The notes under the pieces are model-generated. The model searched no databases, was not told where the DNA came from, and saw nothing but the letters and a program-made list of their open reading frames with translations. The position numbers and the translations under genes were made by a program. DNA of 64,000 nt from Planctomycetota bacterium (GTDB lineage: Bacteria; Planctomycetota; UBA8108; SXIK01): positions 2,112,001 to 2,176,000 of the forward strand of contig OZ244999.1 of NCBI GenBank assembly GCA_965223265.1, read 5' to 3'. Below, in pieces: positions 19,300 through 27,037 of this stretch. Every line of letters starts with the position of its first letter. Position 1 is the stretch's first letter.

Positions 19300-21150
19300 A
19301 TGCCCAATTCCAGATTTGACGTTGTCATCGTTGGCGGCGGCCACGCGGGAATCGAAGCTGCGCTTGCAGCCGCTCGTATGGGCGCTCGCGCAGCGCTCGT
19401 AACGCTGGACGTGAAGGCGATCGGGCGCATGTCGTGTAACCCGGCCATCGGTGGCCTAGGGAAGGGTCAGATGGTGCGCGAGATTGATGCGCTTGGCGGA
19501 GAGATGGGGCGCGCTGCGGACCAAAGCGGAATTCAGTTTCGCATGCTCAACACGCGCAAAGGTCCTGCCGTGAGAGCGCCCCGGGCGCAGTGTGACAAGC
19601 ACGTGTATCAGGACTATATGGTCGCGCGAACACACGCGACGGAGAATCTGACGATCGTTCGCGGTAAAGTCGACCGCTTGGTGACGGAGTCACAAGGAGG
19701 CAGAGATTCGCAGCATCGAGTCTGTGGCGTGCGCCTCGATGATGGCAGCGAGCTCGAGTGTCGCAGTGCGATCTTGACCACCGGCACGTTTCTTCGCGGG
19801 CTGATGCATTGTGGCGAACGCCAGACCCGCGGTGGTCGAATAGGGGAAGGTGCTGCGTACGGTTTGTCACACTTTTTGGACGAGTTCGGATTCGAGCGTG
19901 GTCGCCTCAAAACTGGGACACCCGCGCGAGTGCAGGCGTCGACGGTCGATTGGGCGCACACCGAGGTGCAGCCGGGAGACGACGAGCCGGTGCCATTTTC
20001 GCACTTCACTGAGTCGTTGCCTCTTCCTCAAGTACCTTGTCATATCGTCTACACGAACGAGGAGACGCATGACGCGATTCGGGAGAGTCTTCATCGCTCT
20101 CCGATGTACTCGGGTGCCATCGAAGGCATCGGCCCGCGTTATTGCCCGTCCATTGAGGACAAGGTCGTGCGCTTCGCAGACAAGCCTCGACACCAGATCT
20201 TTCTCGAGCCCGAAGGCCTCTCTACAGACTGGATTTACGTCAACGGGCTATCGACGAGTCTGCCGGATGATGTGCAGGACGCGATGCTCGCGTCGATCCC
20301 CGCACTGCGCAACGCGGCCATCCTGCAGTATGGATACGCTGTCGAGTACGACTTCTTTCCCCCGACTCAGATCGATGCGACGTTCGAGACGAAGCTTGTC
20401 AGAGGACTCTTTTTCGCCGGCCAGATCTGTGGCACCAGCGGTTACGAGGAAGCCGCTGCGCAAGGTTTCCTGGCCGGCGCGAACGCTGTGCTCAAGCTGC
20501 GAGAGGAGGAACCACTAGTCTTGGATCGTTCGCAGGCGTACATGGGGGTCCTAGTCGACGATCTCGTCGTCGAGTGTCCGCGCGAACCGTATCGTATGTT
20601 CACCTCCCGCGCGGAGTATCGCCTTCTCCTGCGCACCGACAACGCCGATGAGCGTTTGATGGAGATCGGCCACCGCCTCGGTCTTATCTCAGGCGACGCA
20701 CTACGAGCCGTCGAGCGGCGGCAACAAAGAACGGCGGAGACGCTGTCCTATCTCGACCAGGCCTGCTATCATGGCAAGTCTCTGCTGCGGATTCTGCGCC
20801 AACCGGAGCGGACGCTCGCCGACGTTATGGCCCTTGACGCTCATCTGGCGTCCCTCGAGTGGACGCGCGCGGAGATCCAGGCGGTGGAGATCGCGGCGAA
20901 GTATGAGGCGTATGTGCAGCGTCAACTCTCGCACGTTGAAAAGTTTCGACGCATGGAAAAGCGGCGGATCCCGATGCAATTTGACTACGAGAACATCACA
21001 GGGATACGGAGCGAGTCACGTGAGAAGCTGCTCCGTGTACGCCCGCGGTCGCTGGGGCAAGCTTCTCGCATCCCCGGTGTGACGCCAGCCGACCTTTCCG
21101 TGTTGATGGTGCACCTCGATGCGCGGCAGCGGCGATGGGGGGCTTCATGA
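19300..21150 (+). CDS. mnmG: tRNA U34 carboxymethylaminomethyl modification enzyme MnmG/GidA
   Basis: GGGHAGIEAA, MSCNPAIGG, GPRYCPSIEDK, AGQICGTSGYEEAAAQG, EPYRMFTSRAEYR. Confidence 0.98.
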   Translation: MPNSRFDVVIVGGGHAGIEAALAAARMGARAALVTLDVKAIGRMSCNPAIGGLGKGQMVREIDALGGEMGRAADQSGIQFRMLNTRKGPAVRAPRAQCDKHVYQDYMVARTHATENLTIVRGKVDRLVTESQGGRDSQHRVCGVRLDDGSELECRSAILTTGTFLRGLMHCGERQTRGGRIGEGAAYGLSHFLDEFGFERGRLKTGTPARVQASTVDWAHTEVQPGDDEPVPFSHFTESLPLPQVPCHIVYTNEETHDAIRESLHRSPMYSGAIEGIGPRYCPSIEDKVVRFADKPRHQIFLEPEGLSTDWIYVNGLSTSLPDDVQDAMLASIPALRNAAILQYGYAVEYDFFPPTQIDATFETKLVRGLFFAGQICGTSGYEEAAAQGFLAGANAVLKLREEEPLVLDRSQAYMGVLVDDLVVECPREPYRMFTSRAEYRLLLRTDNADERLMEIGHRLGLISGDALRAVERRQQRTAETLSYLDQACYHGKSLLRILRQPERTLADVMALDAHLASLEWTRAEIQAVEIAAKYEAYVQRQLSHVEKFRRMEKRRIPMQFDYENITGIRSESREKLLRVRPRSLGQASRIPGVTPADLSVLMVHLDARQRRWGAS

Positions 21151-21803
21151 AGGCGCGGCGAGGCGTTCGAGGCGCAGACGACTGCCGCCGTATCGGACGT
21201 GAGGAGAAGTTTCGCGGCCGTTTCATCCAGGTATCGATCGACCGGGTCTCCTTTCCGGGCGGACATGAAGTGCAGCACGAGGTCGTCCACTTGCCAAGCG
21301 CTGTGTGTGTTGTCCCGCTCATTGAGGCCGCGGCGGCGCTCGAAGTTGTGCTTGTCGAGCAATTCAGAAACTCGCTCGATGGCTACATCCATGAGATTCC
21401 CGCCGGGATCCTCGAGGCAGGCGAGGACCCAGCTCTCTGTGCGCGCCGAGAGTTGGAGGAGGAGACCGGGTACCGCGCTGGTCGCTTGACTCATCTGACG
21501 ACACTGTGTCCCTTGCCCGGGGTCTCCGACCATCGCATGCACTTTTTTCTCGCCGAGGACCTCGAACCGGGGCAGCAGCGTTTGGAACCTGCTGAGTGCT
21601 TGACTGTGAAGCGACTCCGCTTTGAGCTCCTTCTCGAATCGTTGTTGTGCGCAGATCCGCAAAACTCGGTGGACGTTCACATGAACGACGATAACGGCGA
21701 GCGCCGAGTCTGTGTCGCGGACGCCAAGACGCATCTGGCGCTTCTGCATGTCGACGCTCTTCTCCGCCAGCGTGCGAACAAGCCGCGAGGGGAGGTCCCG
21801 TGA
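21147..21803 (+). CDS. Nudix hydrolase (ADP-ribose pyrophosphatase-like)
   Basis: Nudix box GILEAGEDPALCARRELEEETGY; EIPAG; DAKT; ATGA overlap with mnmG. Confidence 0.9.
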   Translation: MKARRGVRGADDCRRIGREEKFRGRFIQVSIDRVSFPGGHEVQHEVVHLPSAVCVVPLIEAAAALEVVLVEQFRNSLDGYIHEIPAGILEAGEDPALCARRELEEETGYRAGRLTHLTTLCPLPGVSDHRMHFFLAEDLEPGQQRLEPAECLTVKRLRFELLLESLLCADPQNSVDVHMNDDNGERRVCVADAKTHLALLHVDALLRQRANKPRGEVP

Positions 21804-23257
21804 AACTTCCAGTCGTCGCGATTGTGGGACGGCCCAACGTCGGCAAATCGTCGCTGTTGAATTGTCTCGCCGGGCGTCGCGTGTCGATCGTCGAAGAGAC
21901 GCCAGGGGTCACTCGCGACCGGGTTACTGCCGTGGTTTCGCAGGGCGATGTGACGATGGAGCTCGTCGACACCGGAGGCATCGGAGTCGTCGACCGCGAC
22001 GATTTGAGTGGACATGTCGAGCGCCAAATCGATTACGCGGTGCGCGGCGCGGATGCAATTGTTTTCGTCGTCGACGTGCGTGACGGTGTGATGCCGCTTG
22101 ACGTCGAGGTCGCCAAGAGACTTCGTGAGCGCGAGCGCAAGGTGCCGGTTTTTCTGGCGGTCAACAAGGCAGACGGGCCGCGTCTGGACGAGCAGGTGGG
22201 GGAGTTCTTCAAGCTTGGGATTGGGGAACCCTTTCCCATCAGTGCTAAGGAGCACCTCGGTACTGAGGTCCTGCTCGAGCTCCTTGCTGACAAGCTGTGG
22301 CCGACCGGGGAAGGGCGACCAGATCCCGTGCTGAAGATTGCTGTCGTCGGTCGGCAAAACGTCGGCAAGTCTTCCCTCGTCAACTCGATCGCCCAAGAGG
22401 AGCGAGTCATCGTCAGCGAGGTCCCCGGAACAACTCGCGATGCGGTGGACGTCCAGTTTCAAAAGGACGGCCGGGAGTTCGTGATCATCGATACCGCCGG
22501 CGTCAAACGTAAGCGCGCCGGCAACGACTCCATCGAGTTTTATAGTCGAGTCCGGACCGAAATCGCCATCCGTCGCGCCGACGTGGTCTTGTTCGTGGTG
22601 GACGCCAGTCAGCCGATTTCGCGCGCCGACAAGAAGCTCGGAGAGCTCATTGTGACGATGTCGAGGGTGTGCGTCGTCGTCGCGAACAAGTGGGATCTGG
22701 TCAAGGACGCTATGTCTACCGAGGAGTATGCAGAGTACATCTACAAGGTGTTTTCCGGGCTTCGCTTTGCTCCCATCGTTGCTACGACTGCCACGCAGGG
22801 CCGCAACCTACAGTCAGCTATTGATTTGGCCCAGCACCTCTACAAGCGGGCGTCCCGTCGCGTCGGGACCGGAGAGCTCAACCGAGTCATCGACGCGATC
22901 AAGGAGTATCACCCGCCGAAGATTCTTCGGAGCAAACGGCCAAAGATTTTCTACGCAACACAGGTCGACATCTGTCCGCCGACCTTTGTGATCTTTGTCA
23001 ACGAGCCTGCGCTCTTCGCCCCCGACTATCGGCGCTACGTTGAGAATGCCTTTCGAGAAAGCCTCGATTTTGCTGAGTTGCCGTTGAGGATTTTCTATCG
23101 GGCTCGGTCGCGGAACGAGCCGGGCCAGCGCTCTGGCCCGTCGACGGGTACGCGGATCCGCAGCGGCCGGACGGAGGATCATGGAGTCTATCTGCCGCGG
23201 CGGCGCGGGAGGGCTGAGAAACAGGTCGGTAAGGAAAGTGGGCGTCGGACGCCCTGA
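21800..23257 (+). CDS. der: Ribosome biogenesis GTPase Der/EngA
   Basis: Two G domains (GRPNVGKSS..DTGG..NKAD; GRQNVGKSS..DTAG..NKWD) and KH-like C-terminus (PPTFVIFVN). Confidence 0.97.
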   Translation: MKLPVVAIVGRPNVGKSSLLNCLAGRRVSIVEETPGVTRDRVTAVVSQGDVTMELVDTGGIGVVDRDDLSGHVERQIDYAVRGADAIVFVVDVRDGVMPLDVEVAKRLRERERKVPVFLAVNKADGPRLDEQVGEFFKLGIGEPFPISAKEHLGTEVLLELLADKLWPTGEGRPDPVLKIAVVGRQNVGKSSLVNSIAQEERVIVSEVPGTTRDAVDVQFQKDGREFVIIDTAGVKRKRAGNDSIEFYSRVRTEIAIRRADVVLFVVDASQPISRADKKLGELIVTMSRVCVVVANKWDLVKDAMSTEEYAEYIYKVFSGLRFAPIVATTATQGRNLQSAIDLAQHLYKRASRRVGTGELNRVIDAIKEYHPPKILRSKRPKIFYATQVDICPPTFVIFVNEPALFAPDYRRYVENAFRESLDFAELPLRIFYRARSRNEPGQRSGPSTGTRIRSGRTEDHGVYLPRRRGRAEKQVGKESGRRTP

Positions 23258-23291
23258 GTCTCCCCGCAGTGCGACATGTGCGGGCACAGAC

Positions 23292-23320
23292 TTTACACGT
23301 AAAGCGCCCTAGGCTATCTT
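23292..23320 (+). promoter_or_regulatory. Putative sigma70 promoter in the der-ruvC intergenic region
   Basis: TTTACA (23292-23297), 17-bp spacer, TATCTT (23315-23320). Confidence 0.55.
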
Positions 23321-23329
23321 CCGGGGACT

Positions 23330-23481
23330 CGTCAGCCATAGTTTGGTCCGGGCAAGCGTGGACGGGCGCCGCTACTTCGTGCGTCGACACCGCCACCGGC
23401 CGGATCATTGTGCCGGCCGGAATTGTGTTCGTTCAGAGACTCATCTGGGTAGACCAGACCTCGGCGCGTGTGGTTGCGACG
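23330..23481 (+). ncRNA. Candidate rod-shaped structured RNA (6S-like RNA or ruvC leader)
   Basis: Nested stems with many G-U pairs: 23334-40/23469-75, 23341-48/23452-59, 23359-69/23425-35, 23396-403/23413-20; begins about 10 nt after the -10 box. Confidence 0.4.
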
Positions 23482-23556
23482 TTTGATCGGTGGTGAATGG
23501 TGCGTACGCCTGGGCGATCTGGTGGTGGCCAGCCGCCTGTGACAGGGTGAAAAAAG

Positions 23557-24288
23557 ATGGAGTCAGGCCAGCAGAACCAAGGCAGCGTCCGCGTTCTCGG
23601 CATCGATCCTGGCACGCGTGCCATGGGTTATGCGGTGATCGATCCTGTCTCGTCGCGCCGCGCGGAGGTCGTGATCTCAGGAGTGCTGCGGCTGTGCGAA
23701 CCGGAGATTCCTGCCCGACTCGATGAGCTTTTTCGCTGCGTCGAGCAGGTCGTCGAGGCCACGGCACCGAGTATTCTGGCGATCGAAGATGTTTTTCACG
23801 GCAAGAATTTCCAAAGCGTGCTGAAGGTCGGCCAGGCACGAGGCGTCGTCATGCTCGCGGCGCAGCGTCTCGGTCTCAAGGTCTACGAATACTCGCCGCG
23901 AATGATCAAAAAAGCCGTGACCGGAAACGGAAACGCGGACAAGGTGCAGGTGCAGCGTATGATGGTCCGGCTGCTATCTCTCGAGAGTGTGCCTGAGCCG
24001 AAGGATGTCTCGGATGCCATGGCTGTCGCTTGGTGCCACTGCCAGCGCCGTTGGCGTCAAGGGCTCGAGACTTCGACGACCAAGCCGAACTCAGCGACGG
24101 CCACTCGTGATCGTGCTCCCCCTAGCGCCACAGCCGCCGAACTACGACGGTTGAAGCTCGCGCGCCGTGAGGGGCAGTCGCATGCCTCGCGTTCGAAGGT
24201 GCTCGACGCCTTGATTCGGTCCGGTCGGGCTGTCGAAATCGATCGGGACAGTCGTGGTAGTGTGAGCGAACGTAGTGAAACTCCTTGA
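23557..24288 (+). CDS. ruvC: Holliday junction resolvase RuvC
   Basis: VLGIDPG, LAIEDVF, GQARGV, IKKAVTGNGNADKVQV, DVSDAMAVA; about 70-aa C-terminal extension. Confidence 0.95.
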   Translation: MESGQQNQGSVRVLGIDPGTRAMGYAVIDPVSSRRAEVVISGVLRLCEPEIPARLDELFRCVEQVVEATAPSILAIEDVFHGKNFQSVLKVGQARGVVMLAAQRLGLKVYEYSPRMIKKAVTGNGNADKVQVQRMMVRLLSLESVPEPKDVSDAMAVAWCHCQRRWRQGLETSTTKPNSATATRDRAPPSATAAELRRLKLARREGQSHASRSKVLDALIRSGRAVEIDRDSRGSVSERSETP

Positions 24289-24309
24289 ACTGATCAGGAA
24301 GAAATAGAC

Positions 24310-25203
24310 ATGAGCGAAGTGCTCCTCAAGAGCGAGATACCTGGCCTTCCCTGTCGACGAGGCAAGGTGCGCGACGTGTATGACTTCGGCGACGAGCTTC
24401 TCGTGGTGACCACAGATCGCATCTCCGCGTTTGACGTGGTGCTGCCGAACGGAATACCTGACAAGGGAGAGGTGCTCACGAGGCTGTCGACGTTCTGGTT
24501 CGACTTCCTGGGCATCTCGAACCACGTCATCACGACGGAAATCGATCGAATGCCAGAGGTTGTTCGGCCCTACGCCGACCAACTGGCGGGGCGTTCGATG
24601 CTCGTTTCGAAGTTGAACATGCTGCCGATCGAATGCGTCGTGCGCGGCTATGTTGCTGGTTCAGCCTGGGCGGAGTACCAGAAGAGCCGGTCAGTGTGCA
24701 GCATCCCTCTACCCGAAGGTCTGCAGGAGAGCAGTCAGCTGCCACAGCCTCTGTTCACTCCGTCAACGAAGGCCGAGGAAGGCCACGACGAAAACATCTC
24801 CGTCGAGCAGGCCGGCGAAATCGTCGGGGAGTCGCAGATCGCTGCACTCAGCGAACGGAGCCTTGACGTCTACTCGCGGGCTGCGGAGTTTGCGCGAACG
24901 CGCGGCATCATCATTGCAGACACGAAGTTTGAGTGGGGCCAACGACCTGGGAGCGATGAGCTCGTCTTGGCCGACGAAGTCTTGACGCCAGATTCGTCCC
25001 GATTTTGGCCCGCGGATCAGTTCACACCGGGCAAGTCGCAGCCGTCGTTTGATAAACAGTACGTCCGCGATTATTTGCGCGGGCTCGATTGGAATCGCAC
25101 GCCGCCGGGGCCAAAGCTCCCGGAGGAGGTTGTCGCGGAAACTTCGCGACTCTACCGAGAGATTTACGAACGCCTCACTGGTAATCGTTGGACCACTGCA
25201 TAA
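24310..25203 (+). CDS. purC: SAICAR synthetase
   Basis: GKVRDVY, DRISAFD, PIECVVRGY, IADTKFEWG, DEVLTPDSSRFW, SFDKQYVRD. Confidence 0.97.
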   Translation: MSEVLLKSEIPGLPCRRGKVRDVYDFGDELLVVTTDRISAFDVVLPNGIPDKGEVLTRLSTFWFDFLGISNHVITTEIDRMPEVVRPYADQLAGRSMLVSKLNMLPIECVVRGYVAGSAWAEYQKSRSVCSIPLPEGLQESSQLPQPLFTPSTKAEEGHDENISVEQAGEIVGESQIAALSERSLDVYSRAAEFARTRGIIIADTKFEWGQRPGSDELVLADEVLTPDSSRFWPADQFTPGKSQPSFDKQYVRDYLRGLDWNRTPPGPKLPEEVVAETSRLYREIYERLTGNRWTTA

Positions 25204-25226
25204 CTGAACGGAGCGAGAGAGAAATC

Positions 25227-25727
25227 ATGGCAGATGAGAAAAAGGTGCTCATCCTCATGGGAAGTGACGGCGATTTTCCGGTTATGCGGAAGGCCGTCGA
25301 CACGTTAGCAGAGTTCGGCATCGAGACAGAGACCCGGGTGCACTCCGTCCACCGCGTGCCGGAAGTGGCGCTCAAGAAGGCGACGGAGGCGGAGGCGGAA
25401 GGCTTCAGCGTGATTATCTGTGGCGCCGGTATGGCCGCGCATCTCGCCGGCGCTGTTGCCGCCAAGTCGAACCTGCCGGTGATCGGTGTGCCGCTGGAGA
25501 GCGGCGCACTCAAAGGTGTCGACGCGCTTTACTCAACGGTGCAGATGCCCCCTGGCGTTCCCGTCGCGACGATGGCGATTGGGGGTGCGCGCAACGCGGC
25601 GCTGTTCGCCGTGCGCATCATGGCCCTGAGTGATCCTGGTCTCGCCCGCCAGATCGTCGAATTCCGTGCCAACATGGCGACTGAAGTGTTGGCGAAGGAT
25701 GAGCGGATTCAAGCCGAGCTGGCCTAG
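25227..25727 (+). CDS. purE: N5-CAIR mutase
   Basis: MGSDGD, SVHRVP, AGMAAHLAG, PVIGVP, STVQMPPGVPVAT, NAALFA. Confidence 0.96.
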   Translation: MADEKKVLILMGSDGDFPVMRKAVDTLAEFGIETETRVHSVHRVPEVALKKATEAEAEGFSVIICGAGMAAHLAGAVAAKSNLPVIGVPLESGALKGVDALYSTVQMPPGVPVATMAIGGARNAALFAVRIMALSDPGLARQIVEFRANMATEVLAKDERIQAELA

Positions 25728-25732
25728 CCTAA

Positions 25733-25749
25733 CAGCCTGTTGAAAAGTG
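25733..25749 (+). repeat. Solo terminal repeat of the 159-bp MITE family
   Basis: CTAA followed by CAGCCTGTTGAAAAGTG (one A shorter than the intact end); the downstream sequence does not match the element. Confidence 0.6.
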
Positions 25750-26907
25750 ATCGCGAGAACTTCGACAAAGTCCCGACGCTCGTCGAGGCGGCTCTCACTT
25801 GGCGAGCCCCCGAAGGCGGTTCAATGGATCGGCCAGGTGGGCGGGTACCTGTCGCTGACCGAGCAGACACTGCTGCCGGCGCGACTGCGTCGAATGCGCA
25901 TCACCGACGCGCGCGCGCTTTGGGACGCAATCGTCCGGCTTGACGTGCGTGGTGCACCGGCGATCGGTGTTGCCGCGGCCTACGGCGTTGTGCTGGGGGT
26001 GAGAGATTCCAAAGCGCGATCTCCGCGGGCGCTGTCGACGGGTCTGCAGCGCACTGTTGACTACTTGGCCTCGTCGCGGCCAACCGCTGTGAATCTCTTC
26101 TGGGCCTTGGACCGCATGGCCGCGCACGGTCGGCGGCTGCTCGAGGGCGAGTCGACAGTTTGGAATCCGCGCCACCAGCCCGCGACGAACGTGCGGCGCT
26201 TTGCGGCTCACCTCCTCGACGAGGCGAAAGCGATTCACGACGAGGACGAAAAGCTCTGCGAGGCGATCGGAAAGAATGGCGTCAAGCTGCTCAGGCACGG
26301 CTGGAGCGTGTTGACCCACTGTAACGCTGGAGCGCTCGCAACCGGGGGCAGTGGGACAGCATTGGCGGTCGTGTACGCCGCTGCCAAGGCAGGAAAAACG
26401 GTACGGGTCTTCGCCGACGAAACTCGGCCACTTCTGCAGGGGGCGCGTCTGACCGCATGGGAGCTGCAGCAAGCTGGTGTCGAAGTGACGGTGCTGTGCG
26501 ACAATGCGGCAGCTTCGCTCATGCGATCGGGGGCGATCGACTGTGTGATCACGGGCGCCGACCGTATCGCCGCCAACGGTGACGTCGCCAACAAGATCGG
26601 CACCTACGGCGTCGCCATCCTGGCGCGCGAACATGGGATACCGTTCTACGTCGCTGCTCCCAGCACGACGTTCGACCTCACGCTTCGCAGCGGAGAGTTG
26701 ATTCCGATCGAGCAGCGCTCGCGCGAGGAGGTCGCGGCGGGGTTCGGCCAGCGGACGGTACCGCGCGGTGTCGGTGTTTACAATCCGGCGTTCGACGTGA
26801 CACCCGCCAAGTTCATCTCCGGCCTCATTACGGAAGTCGGGATCATCCGCCCGCCGTTTCGCCGTGGGATAGCTGCCAACATCGCCCCTCAACTTGCCGA
26901 CGTTTGA
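25747..26907 (+). CDS. mtnA: S-methyl-5-thioribose-1-phosphate isomerase
   Basis: VRGAPAIG, SRPTAVNLFWA, LTHCNAGALAT, DETRPLLQGARLT, GADRIAANGDVANKIGT, NPAFDVTP; start uncertain. Confidence 0.96.
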   Translation: MIARTSTKSRRSSRRLSLGEPPKAVQWIGQVGGYLSLTEQTLLPARLRRMRITDARALWDAIVRLDVRGAPAIGVAAAYGVVLGVRDSKARSPRALSTGLQRTVDYLASSRPTAVNLFWALDRMAAHGRRLLEGESTVWNPRHQPATNVRRFAAHLLDEAKAIHDEDEKLCEAIGKNGVKLLRHGWSVLTHCNAGALATGGSGTALAVVYAAAKAGKTVRVFADETRPLLQGARLTAWELQQAGVEVTVLCDNAAASLMRSGAIDCVITGADRIAANGDVANKIGTYGVAILAREHGIPFYVAAPSTTFDLTLRSGELIPIEQRSREEVAAGFGQRTVPRGVGVYNPAFDVTPAKFISGLITEVGIIRPPFRRGIAANIAPQLADV

Positions 26908-27037
26908 CCCCGGCCGGCACCTGTAAGAGAGTGACAGCGAGAAACGCCTTCGCTCCGCCTTCTTAGCCGGCGCTGACGTGTCGCTACCGGCTTCGAATGC
27001 GGTTTGGCGCTTTCACGTCGAAGTCTGTGGGTTCGGT

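Noticed and set aside
25795-26892. Long antisense ORFs (this 365-aa one, also 38218-39357, 50388-51422, 60031-61083, 14898-15905)
   Set aside because: They lie opposite well-supported genes and have no motifs; expected shadows in high-GC coding DNA
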